Below are positions 18,201 to 26,487 of a stretch of 64,000 nucleotides of DNA, piece after piece. The notes beneath the pieces were generated by a model, which was not told where the DNA came from, did no database searches, and worked only from the letters and a program-made list of their open reading frames with translations. The stretch's first letter is position 1. Every line of letters begins with the position of its first letter. This stretch comes from Candidatus Entotheonellaceae bacterium (GTDB taxonomy: Bacteria > Tectomicrobia > Entotheonellia > Entotheonellales > Entotheonellaceae): contig OZ250173.1 of assembly GCA_965238075.1 (NCBI GenBank), forward strand, positions 1,824,001 through 1,888,000, written 5' to 3'. Made by a program: the position numbers and the translations under genes.

Positions 18201-19055
18201 ATGAGTACACCGCGACGCGGTTTCGACGCCGTTACCCCCAGTTCTCTATCCGCATATCTGGTGGAGGTTCGTCGCAGGTCCGTACCCGCCCCCGAAGAAG
18301 AAACCGCCCTGGGTCAGCGCATCAAAACCGGGAGCACCGAGGCGCTGCACGAATTGGTCGAGCGCAACCTGCGCTTCGTCGTGCAGGTGGCCAGCAAGTA
18401 CCAGGGCTACGGCCTGCCCCTCTCCGACCTCATCAACGAGGGCAACCTCGGCCTGCTGCACGCCGCCGGGAAATTCGACTCGGAGCGCGGCGTGCGCTTC
18501 ATCACCTATGCCGTGTGGTGGATTCGCCAAGCCATCATGCACGCCATCGCTGAGGGCGGCAACGCCGTCCGCCTGCCCATCAAGCAGGCCGAGGCGCTCT
18601 CCAAGCTGCGCCAGAAATTCGATGAGATGCAACGCGCGATGGGCACCGAGCCAACGGTGGCCGAGTTGGCCAACGCCCTGGATATGAAGGAGATGGATAT
18701 CCAGGACCTGCTCCGCGTGCACCGCCCTTGCCTGTCTCTGGATGCGCCGATTCAAGAGGATGGCGACGTCACCCAACTCGACTTCCTGCAGTCGAGCACC
18801 CTGCCTTCCAGCGAGGAAATCTATTTTCAGGCTTCCATGGCCAAGGAAATGCAACAACTCCTGCAGCGCCTCGAACCGCGCGAGGCCAAAATCCTGCGCG
18901 CCCGCTTCGGTTTTGACGACACCCCCAAGAGCTTGGCGGCCATCGGGCGGGAACTCGGCCTGTCCCGCGAACGGGTTCGCCAGATCGAGACCCGCGCCCG
19001 CAACAAGCTGCGCACCATGGCCAAGGAAAAGGCCCTTAATCACTACCTGAATTAA
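18201..19055 (+). CDS. Sigma-70 family factor, RpoD/RpoS-like, lacking region 1.1
   Basis: NLRFVV, DLINEGNLGL, FITYAVWWIRQAI, SLDAP, LSRERVRQIE. Confidence 0.92.
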   Translation: MSTPRRGFDAVTPSSLSAYLVEVRRRSVPAPEEETALGQRIKTGSTEALHELVERNLRFVVQVASKYQGYGLPLSDLINEGNLGLLHAAGKFDSERGVRFITYAVWWIRQAIMHAIAEGGNAVRLPIKQAEALSKLRQKFDEMQRAMGTEPTVAELANALDMKEMDIQDLLRVHRPCLSLDAPIQEDGDVTQLDFLQSSTLPSSEEIYFQASMAKEMQQLLQRLEPREAKILRARFGFDDTPKSLAAIGRELGLSRERVRQIETRARNKLRTMAKEKALNHYLN

Positions 19056-19065
19056 CCCGGCCCCC

Positions 19066-19815
19066 TTACTGCGCCGTATATCCCCCATCGATGACCAGCT
19101 CCGCCCCCGTCACGTAGGCAGCCTCGTCGGACGCCAGATACAACACCCCATAGGCAATGTCCTCAGACGTACCCAAGCGGCCCAGGGGCATGTCACGCAA
19201 GCGTCGTTCCAGCATTTCCGGATCGGAATACGTGCTCTCGGTCATGGGGGTGCGCACCGGCCCCGGATGGATGGAATTACAGCGAATGTTGTCATCGGCA
19301 TGATGCACGGCCGTCACCTTCGTAAACACCCGCACGGCGCCCTTGGAGGCGTTGTAGGCCGGCCCGCCGAGAGCCACCATGCCGGAAATCGACGAGATAT
19401 TGACGATCGAGCCGCCGCCCGCCTTGCGCATTTCCGGAATGGCGTACTTGGTGCCCAGAAACACGCCGGTGGCGTTCACCGCCAGAATCGTGTCCCATAG
19501 CTCCTTGGTCGTCTCCTCGATGCCATCGCGCCGCAGAATACCGGCGTTGTTCACCAGGATGTCCAGCTTGCCGTACGTCGACACCGCGGTGGCCACGGCC
19601 TGCTGCCAATCCGCCTCCTGGGTCACGTCGAGGTGAACGTAGGTGGCCTCGCCGCCGGCTTGGCGAATGGCCGCCTCGACCTGCTTGCCTTCCTCGTCCA
19701 GGATGTCGCCAAACACCACCTTGGCGCCTTCCTGCACGAAGAGCTTTGCCTCCACCTCGCCCTGACCCCGCGCGCCACCGCTGATGATCGCTACTTTTCC
19801 GTCCAGCCTGCCCAT
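19066..19815 (-). CDS. Short-chain dehydrogenase/reductase
   Basis: SGGARGQG, NNAG, YNASK, HPG, VIDGG. Confidence 0.93.
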   Translation of the reverse strand: MGRLDGKVAIISGGARGQGEVEAKLFVQEGAKVVFGDILDEEGKQVEAAIRQAGGEATYVHLDVTQEADWQQAVATAVSTYGKLDILVNNAGILRRDGIEETTKELWDTILAVNATGVFLGTKYAIPEMRKAGGGSIVNISSISGMVALGGPAYNASKGAVRVFTKVTAVHHADDNIRCNSIHPGPVRTPMTESTYSDPEMLERRLRDMPLGRLGTSEDIAYGVLYLASDEAAYVTGAELVIDGGYTAQ

Positions 19816-19939
19816 GTTTCCTCCTTGGTGAAGTCGTACGGCGTCATGCCCTACTGCTGTCACTGCCATCGCCCCTGCAGCGCGCTCTATATACACCAAA
19901 GCCCGTAGCGACACCAGAAAGCCGCCGTGCCCGCGCGAT

Positions 19940-19968
19940 TTGACGCCCTGCCGCTATCTCCCTACACT
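19940..19968 (+). promoter_or_regulatory. Sigma-70-type promoter for the SDR/MDR genes
   Basis: TTGACG-N17-TACACT. Confidence 0.55.
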
Positions 19969-19986
19969 ACGCGCCCTGCATTCGGC

Positions 19987-20073
19987 GTAGATCGGATTAG
20001 CGAAGCGTCATCCGACAAGAACAGAGGCACCGCGGCGGGACGTCGGGTTACGCCTGCGGCTAACCCGACCTAC
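19987..20073. repeat. Inverted GTAG-family REP pair (REPIN-like)
   Basis: GTAGATCGGATTAGCGAAGCGTCATCCGAC (19987-20016) and GTCGGGTTACGCCTGCGGCTAACCCGACCTAC (20042-20073). Confidence 0.8.
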
Positions 20074-20122
20074 ATGCTACGGCGTTTGGACAACACGGCC
20101 TGTTGGCGAGGAGGAAAGCGCA

Positions 20123-20896
20123 ATGCGATTGGCGGGGAAGGTAGCCCTGATCACCGGGGCGGCGGCTGGCGTGGAAGGCGAAGTTATGGGATTCGGCGGC
20201 GCCGCGGCGCGTCTGTTCGCGCAGCACGGCGCCAAGGTCGTCCTCACCGACATCCTGGAGGACAAGGGGCAACGGACCGCGGAGCAGATTCAGGCGGACG
20301 GCGGCGACGTCATGTTCGTGCGGCTTGACGTCACCAGCGAGGAAGACTGGCAGGAGGCCGTGCAAACCGCGGTATCGCGCTTCGGTGGCCTGAACGTCAT
20401 GGTCAACAACGCCGGCACCGCGGCGCGCGAGCGGATAGAGGAAACCACCGTGGACATCTGGGACGGCCAGATGGACGTGCACGCCAAGGGCGTCTTCCTG
20501 GGCACGAAATTCGCCATCCCGGAAATGCGCAAGGCCGGCGGCGGCTCAATCATCAACATATCGTCCATCTACGGCATCGTCGGCAGCCCGTATTCCACCG
20601 CCTACCACGCCGCCAAGGGCGCCATCCGCACGTTCACCAAAACGGCCGCCATCCAGTGCGCGGCGGACAACATCCGGGTCAACTCGATTCACCCCGGATT
20701 CTGCCACACACCGCTCACCGACGACGGCTATAACAACGAGGTCGGACGGCGCCAGTGGTGCCTGGACCGCACCCCGATCGGCCGCCTGGGCAATGCCGAC
20801 GACATCGCCTACGGCATGCTGTACCTGGCCTCGGACGAGTCGCGCTACGTCACCGGCACCGAATTGGTCATCGACGGCGGCATGACCGCGCAGTAG
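20123..20896 (+). CDS. Short-chain dehydrogenase/reductase (paralog of 19066-19815)
   Basis: NNAG, GVFLGTKFAIPEMRKAGGGSI, YHAAK, HPG. Confidence 0.93.
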   Translation: MRLAGKVALITGAAAGVEGEVMGFGGAAARLFAQHGAKVVLTDILEDKGQRTAEQIQADGGDVMFVRLDVTSEEDWQEAVQTAVSRFGGLNVMVNNAGTAARERIEETTVDIWDGQMDVHAKGVFLGTKFAIPEMRKAGGGSIINISSIYGIVGSPYSTAYHAAKGAIRTFTKTAAIQCAADNIRVNSIHPGFCHTPLTDDGYNNEVGRRQWCLDRTPIGRLGNADDIAYGMLYLASDESRYVTGTELVIDGGMTAQ

Positions 20897-20929
20897 AGCA
20901 GCCAGTAAAGACAAAAGAGGGACAAAAGT

Positions 20930-21853
20930 ATGAAGGCGGTTCTGTTAACAGGGCATGGTGGGCCGGAAATGCTGCACTACGGCGAGGCGCCGGACCCGAC
21001 GGCCGGATTCGGCGAGGTGGTGGTGGACGTGCGCGCCGCCAGCGTCAACGCGGCCGACTACAAGGTGCGGCTCGGCGGCGGGTACTCAATTTCCAGCTTC
21101 CCGTACATCCTGGGCCGTGACTTTTCGGGCGTGGTCAGCGTTGCCGGGCCGGGCGTCAGCGACCTCGCCGTCGGTGACGCCGTGTTCGGCGTGCTTGACC
21201 AAGGCGTGGAAGGCGCCTACGCCGAAAAGCTCGCCATCAAGGCCGCCATCATCGCCAAGAAGCCCGACAGCCTCGGTCATGCCGAAGCCGCGGCCATGGC
21301 GCTGACCAGCCTCACGGCACTGTGGGCGCTCGAAGACGAGGCGAAGCTCGCCAGCGCCGAGACCATCCTCATCCAGGGCGGCGCCGGCGGCGTGGCCGGG
21401 TTCGCCATCCAGTTCGCCAAGCACCTCGGCGCCACGGTCATCACCACCGCCAGCCCCGACAACCACGACTACGTCCGCAGCCTCGGCGCCGACCGGGTCA
21501 TCGACTACCACACCGAGGACTTCACCCGCACGGTTTCCGACTGTGACATGGTGTTCGATACCGTCGGCGGCGAGGTCCAGGTGCGCTCCTACGAGGTCCT
21601 CAAGCCCGGCGGCCGCCTCGTGTGGATCGCCCCGGCTCCGGAGGGCTACCAACCGACCCGCACCGACGTCCACACCCTGCGCCCCAACGTCCGCCGCGAC
21701 CGCCCCCACCTGGAACGCATGCTCGAGCTGCTCGCCGCCGGCGCCGTCTGGCCGCCCCACATCACCCGCTACCCTCTCTCCGAAGCGCCCGCCGCCCACC
21801 GCATCAGCGAAGCCCGCCACCTGCGCGGCAAGCTGGTGTTCGAGGTGCGGTGA
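20930..21853 (+). CDS. NADPH:quinone reductase-like MDR oxidoreductase
   Basis: ASVNAAD, GRDFSGVV, GGAGGVAG, RGKLV. Confidence 0.9.
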   Translation: MKAVLLTGHGGPEMLHYGEAPDPTAGFGEVVVDVRAASVNAADYKVRLGGGYSISSFPYILGRDFSGVVSVAGPGVSDLAVGDAVFGVLDQGVEGAYAEKLAIKAAIIAKKPDSLGHAEAAAMALTSLTALWALEDEAKLASAETILIQGGAGGVAGFAIQFAKHLGATVITTASPDNHDYVRSLGADRVIDYHTEDFTRTVSDCDMVFDTVGGEVQVRSYEVLKPGGRLVWIAPAPEGYQPTRTDVHTLRPNVRRDRPHLERMLELLAAGAVWPPHITRYPLSEAPAAHRISEARHLRGKLVFEVR

Positions 21854-22040
21854 GCGCGGGCTGGGACGCCAACACCGTCACGTATGCTCTGGAGCGGCTC
21901 CGCAGCCCGAACGACATTCCCGATTTCATTATGGTCCAGGGTAACGACAGCGACGAGACGCTGAAATACACTGAGATCGGCACCATATTAGTGCGCACGA
22001 ATTCAGGGCGCATTGAGCGAAACGAATGAAGGGATGACCC

Positions 22041-22133
22041 GTGAAAAACATTACTCTGAGTGCCGACGAGAATCTGATCGAAGCGGCGCGTCGCACCTGC
22101 TCGCATAGCCACAGTCGGGCCCTATTGCAGTGA
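22041..22133 (+). pseudogene. N-terminal fragment of an RHH-type antitoxin
   Basis: VKNITLSADENLIEAARR, after which the resemblance ends. Confidence 0.5.
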
Positions 22134-22183
22134 AGGTCATCAATCAACTGGGGGACGAGATGATGAAGGTGCTCCGGGTGTGA
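22109..22183 (+). pseudogene. C-terminal fragment of a type III R-M Mod-like DNA methyltransferase
   Basis: PQSGPIAVKVINQLGDEMMKVLRV* matches the recalled C-terminal motif GRIAVKVINHLGDEVMKVF. Confidence 0.6.
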
Positions 22184-22187
22184 CAAA

Positions 22188-22242
22188 TATAGGTAAATTA
22201 GCTAAGTTATCATCCTAGTATAACTTCCCTAATTCTCCTATA
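22188..22242. promoter_or_regulatory. AT-rich imperfect palindrome, putative operator of the AAA ATPase gene
   Basis: ATAGGTAAATTAGCTAAGTTAT-N9-ATAACTTCCCTAATTCTCCTAT, 18/22 complementary. Confidence 0.55.
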
Positions 22243-22256
22243 AATGGATTTGTCCC

Positions 22257-23453
22257 ATGGACCCAATACGCAACCCGTATGCGCCCGGAGCGGGCACCCG
22301 GCCGCCTGAGCTGGCCGGCCGCGACGCAATCCGTGACTCCGCAAAAATCGTGCTGGAGCGGACCAGAATCGGGCGCCCCACCAAGAGCATCGTGATGGTT
22401 GGCTTGCGGGGTGTTGGTAAAACCGTGCTCTTGGACTTCATTCGGCAGGAAGCCGAATCGAGCGGCATTCACGCGCTGCGAATAGAGGCGCCTGAAAACC
22501 GCTCCCTTCCCGCGATTCTGGCGCCCCAACTGCGTGTTGCACTGCTGAAGCTCTCGAGGCGGCGGAGGGCAACCCAACTGGCGCAAAGGGCGCTCAAAGG
22601 TTTGGCGGGATTTGCCAGCGCCCTGAAGGTGACGTACCAGGACATCGAAGTGGGGTTGGACTTCGACCCGGAACCCGGGTTAGCGGACAACGGCAACCTG
22701 GAAATCGACTTGCAGGAATTATTTGAGGTCGTCGGCGCTGCAGCCAAGGCGGATGAGACCTGTGTGGCCCTTCTGGTTGATGAGCTCCAATATGTGAAAG
22801 AGGACGAACTGGCGGCCTTGATCACCGCCTTGCACCGGACTGCGCAGCGGCAACTCCCCGTGGTCATGTTTGGCGCTGGCCTGCCCCAGGTGCGAGGTCG
22901 CATGGGGAAGGCGAAGTCATACGCCGAACGGCTGTTCGAGTTTCCTGACATCGGCCCGCTCTCGCCTGAAGACGCCAAGCGCGCCATCGCCAAGCCAGCA
23001 AGCGACGAAGGCGTGAAGATAAAGTCTGCCGCTCTCGATGCCATCGTTTCGCAGACTAAATGCTATCCCTACTTTCTGCAGGAATGGGGCAAGCACGTCT
23101 GGGACGTTGCCGAGCGGTCACCCATCACGGCTAGCAACGTTGAAATCGCGTCCAAACAGGCGATAGCGACCCTCGATGAAAGCTTCTTCCGAGTTCGATT
23201 CGACAGGTTGACGCCCGCAGAAAAGAGATACGTGCGTGCGATGGCGCAACTCGGCACAGGACCGCATCGTTCCGGCGATATCGCTAACGAACTGAACCGT
23301 CAAGTAAGCTCTCTGGCTCCCACGCGCAATCAACTGATCAACAAAGGCATGATTTGGAGTCCAAGTCACGGCGACACCGCGTTCACCGTCCCCATGTTCG
23401 ACGAATTCATGCGGCGTATCATGCCCGGCGATGGGTGGCTATCGTCCGGTTAG
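22257..23453 (+). CDS. AAA family ATPase with C-terminal winged helix
   Basis: NPYAPGAG, GLRGVGKT, LLVDELQ, YPYFLQEWG, LINKGMIW..FTVPMF. Confidence 0.88.
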   Translation: MDPIRNPYAPGAGTRPPELAGRDAIRDSAKIVLERTRIGRPTKSIVMVGLRGVGKTVLLDFIRQEAESSGIHALRIEAPENRSLPAILAPQLRVALLKLSRRRRATQLAQRALKGLAGFASALKVTYQDIEVGLDFDPEPGLADNGNLEIDLQELFEVVGAAAKADETCVALLVDELQYVKEDELAALITALHRTAQRQLPVVMFGAGLPQVRGRMGKAKSYAERLFEFPDIGPLSPEDAKRAIAKPASDEGVKIKSAALDAIVSQTKCYPYFLQEWGKHVWDVAERSPITASNVEIASKQAIATLDESFFRVRFDRLTPAEKRYVRAMAQLGTGPHRSGDIANELNRQVSSLAPTRNQLINKGMIWSPSHGDTAFTVPMFDEFMRRIMPGDGWLSSG

Positions 23454-23468
23454 CGCGAGGGGGCGATT

Positions 23469-23642
23469 ATGAAGTTGAAGGTCGTCATCCACGAAGCAGA
23501 AGAAGGCGGTTATTGGGCCAAGGTGCCAGCCATTTCCGGATGCGCCACACAGGGGGACTCGTTTGAAGAACTGCTTGGCAATCTCTACGAAGCCGTCGAA
23601 GGTTGCCTTTCGGTGGATGCCCCGGCCACCGACGGCTTTTGA
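23469..23642 (+). CDS. hicB: Short HicB-family antitoxin (no hicA nearby)
   Basis: Manual translation MKLKVVIHEAEEGGYWAKVPAISGCATQGDSFEELLGNLYEAVEGCLSVDAPATDGF. Confidence 0.8.
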   Translation: MKLKVVIHEAEEGGYWAKVPAISGCATQGDSFEELLGNLYEAVEGCLSVDAPATDGF

Positions 23643-23751
23643 CGCAGCAACCAAAATGCGGTAGAAACCAACACTTCCCAGCTCGCATTGCATCTTCCCA
23701 CTGTGCCGGCTCGCCTTGCGACGCCCTCGCTCAACACACTTGGAGGTCACC

Positions 23752-24984
23752 ATGCCCAGGCTTCAATTTGGCGCCTTTCTTGCCCCGCATCACCCGATTG
23801 CCGAGAATCCGACGCTGCAGTTCCGCGGCGACCTGGATTTCGTGGAACATCTGGACAAGCTCGGTTACGACGAGTTCTGGTGCGGGGAACATCACTCGAC
23901 GGGCTGGGAGATGATCGCCTCCCCGGAAATGTTTCTGGCGGCTGCCGGCGAGCGCACCCATCGCATCAAGCTCGGCACGGGCGTGGTGTCGCTGCCGTAT
24001 CATCACCCCTTCATCGTGGCGCAGCGCATCGTGCAGCTCGACCACATGACGGGCGGGCGCGCCATCTTCGGCTCCGGGCCGGGGGCGCTGCCTTCCGACG
24101 CCCATACGCTGGGCATCGACCCGATGGTGCAGCGCGACCGGCAGGACGAGGCGATTGGCGTCATCCGGCGCCTGCTGCGCGGTGAGGAACGCTTCAGCTA
24201 CGAGTCGGACTGGTTCACCCTGCGCGACGCGCGCCTGCACCTGCTACCGCTGCAGGAGGACCTGCCCTTTGCCGTCGCCTCCATCATCAGCCCGTCCGGC
24301 ATGACCCTGGCGGGCAAGCACGGCACGGGGATACTGTCGATCGGCTCGATGTCCACCGAGGGTTTGCAAGCCCTGCCGCTGCAGTGGAGCTTCGCGGAGG
24401 AATCGGCGGCCAAGCACGGCAACACGATGGACCGCCGCGACTGGCGCATCGTGATGTCGTGGCACGTCGCCGAGACGCGCGAGCAGGCCCGCAAGGAGGC
24501 GCGGGAAGGGCTGATGCACTGGCACAACGAGTACACCGTCGGCACCCTCATGCGGCCCGGCACGGAGCCGTTCAGCGACCCGGATGAGGCGGTGGACAAA
24601 ACGGCTTTCGGCGAGGATTCGGCGTCGGTGATCGGCACGCCCGACGATCTGGTGACCGCCATCCAGCGCATGACGGAGTTGACCGGCGGCTTCGGAACGG
24701 TCATCGGCTTCGTGCACGACTGGGCGAACCGGGAGAACACGCTGCGGAGTTGGGACCTGGTGGCCCGCTACGTCATTCCGCAGGTGAACGGCATGCTGAC
24801 GGCGTACCACGACTCGCGCCAGTTCGTGGTGGAGCACCGCGACTCATTCCAGCGCGCCAACCAGGCGGTGCTGTCCAAGATCATGGAAAACGAGCGCGCC
24901 GCCGCGGCCGCGAAGCAGACCGGCAACGGGCGCTTCGCCATCCCGGCGCACCACGCGCCGGACATGGAGAAAACGCCGTCGTAA
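23752..24984 (+). CDS. Luciferase-like (LLM) flavin monooxygenase, limonene 1,2-monooxygenase-like
   Basis: FGAFLAPHH, GEHHSTGWE, SLPYHHP, GPGALPSDA. Confidence 0.88.
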   Translation: MPRLQFGAFLAPHHPIAENPTLQFRGDLDFVEHLDKLGYDEFWCGEHHSTGWEMIASPEMFLAAAGERTHRIKLGTGVVSLPYHHPFIVAQRIVQLDHMTGGRAIFGSGPGALPSDAHTLGIDPMVQRDRQDEAIGVIRRLLRGEERFSYESDWFTLRDARLHLLPLQEDLPFAVASIISPSGMTLAGKHGTGILSIGSMSTEGLQALPLQWSFAEESAAKHGNTMDRRDWRIVMSWHVAETREQARKEAREGLMHWHNEYTVGTLMRPGTEPFSDPDEAVDKTAFGEDSASVIGTPDDLVTAIQRMTELTGGFGTVIGFVHDWANRENTLRSWDLVARYVIPQVNGMLTAYHDSRQFVVEHRDSFQRANQAVLSKIMENERAAAAAKQTGNGRFAIPAHHAPDMEKTPS

Positions 24985-24999
24985 GGTGGGAAACGGGGA

Positions 25000-26448
25000 T
25001 CAGTAACCGGGCGGCGGGGTGAAGGCGAAACCGGCGCTTTCGAGCAGCTTGGCGAGACCAATGGTTTTGAGGTCGCCGAACTCCGGCCCGATGATCTGCA
25101 CCCCAATGGGCAAGCCGTCGGCGCTCAGACCCGCCGGCACGATGGTGGCTGGCAGGTAGGCGCAGATCGCCAGGCCGGCCCAGAAAATCTGCTGAAAATA
25201 CGGCTGCGGTACGCCGTCTACCTTGATGGTCCGCTTCTCAAAACGCTGGTGATCGTGCTCGAACGCCGGCGTCGCCATGATCGGCGTAATCAGCGCGTCA
25301 TGCGTCTTGAAAAAGTCATGCCAGGCCCAGCGCAGATGGGTGCGCGCCTCGTTGGCCCGGGCGTATTCCCAGTGGCTGGCGATCTGCCGCCGCAGCGTGC
25401 GGGCGCGGTCGCTCTGGTCGTCGGGGCTCAGGGCCGCCACGTCCGCCTGCATCTTGGCGTAGGCATCTTCCGGCTGCCGGGCGGCCAGCGTGGCTTGCAG
25501 AAGCAGTTGATAAATGTCATTGGCCTCACGCGCCACGAAGTTCGGCCTGGCCGTTTCGTCCACCGTGCCCCCTGACCGTGAAATGGCCTCGGCAACCGCT
25601 TCGACTCGCCCCACCACCTCCTGACTCACCGGCGCGATGTCGTCATTCTTCCACACTGCCACGCGATATTCGCCCAGCGCCGTTTGGCTGGGCGCTTGCA
25701 GGTCCAGCCGATAACCGGCCCGCTGCAGCTCGTCGGGACCGGCGGTGGCCTGCACGCTGAGCTCGAGGTCCGCGGCGCTGCGCGCCAGCGGGCCAATGAC
25801 GGAAAGGTCCGACTGCGCCAGGATGCCCGGCGTGGCGTGACCTCGGGGCGGCAGCAGGCCCCACGTTGGCTTGTGCCCGAAGACACCGCAAAAGTGGGCC
25901 GGATTACGGATCGAACCGCCGATATCCGAACCGATTTCCAAGGCCGTCATGCCGCTCGCCAGCGCCGCCGCGGAGCCGCCGGACGAGCCGCCGGGGGCGC
26001 GCTGCGGGTCCCACGGGTTGTTGGTGGTGCCGTAGACGTCGTTGTAACTCTGGAAATCCGCCAGCCACAGCGGCACGTTCGTCTTGCCGAAGACAACCGC
26101 CCCGGCCGCCTTCAGCCGCTGGATCGCCAGCGCGTCCTCGGCGGCGACGTTGTCCTTCAACTGCGGCGAGCCAAACGTCGTCGGCAGCCCTGACACGTTA
26201 AACGAGTCCTTGCACGTCATCGGCACGCCGTGCAGCGGCCCCCAGACTTCCCCGCGCGCCAGCGCCGCGTCGGCCTGCCGGGCACGTTCGCGGGCGCGGT
26301 CGGCGTCCAGCACAACGATGGCATTGAGCTGCGGATTGAACTGGTCTACACGCTCCAGGTAGTGATCGAGAAGCTCCAGGCAGCCGATCTGCCGGTCGCG
26401 GATCAATTGCGCCAGCTCAGCAGCCGGCTTGAACGTCACGTCAGTCAT
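25000..26448 (-). CDS. Amidase signature family protein
   Basis: GPLHGVPMTCKD, GGSSGGS, GSDIGGSIRNPA. Confidence 0.93.
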   Translation of the reverse strand: MTDVTFKPAAELAQLIRDRQIGCLELLDHYLERVDQFNPQLNAIVVLDADRARERARQADAALARGEVWGPLHGVPMTCKDSFNVSGLPTTFGSPQLKDNVAAEDALAIQRLKAAGAVVFGKTNVPLWLADFQSYNDVYGTTNNPWDPQRAPGGSSGGSAAALASGMTALEIGSDIGGSIRNPAHFCGVFGHKPTWGLLPPRGHATPGILAQSDLSVIGPLARSAADLELSVQATAGPDELQRAGYRLDLQAPSQTALGEYRVAVWKNDDIAPVSQEVVGRVEAVAEAISRSGGTVDETARPNFVAREANDIYQLLLQATLAARQPEDAYAKMQADVAALSPDDQSDRARTLRRQIASHWEYARANEARTHLRWAWHDFFKTHDALITPIMATPAFEHDHQRFEKRTIKVDGVPQPYFQQIFWAGLAICAYLPATIVPAGLSADGLPIGVQIIGPEFGDLKTIGLAKLLESAGFAFTPPPGY

Positions 26449-26487
26449 GTCCCTTCCTTCATTCAAAGCTTGCTAGCCAGGGGCGGC

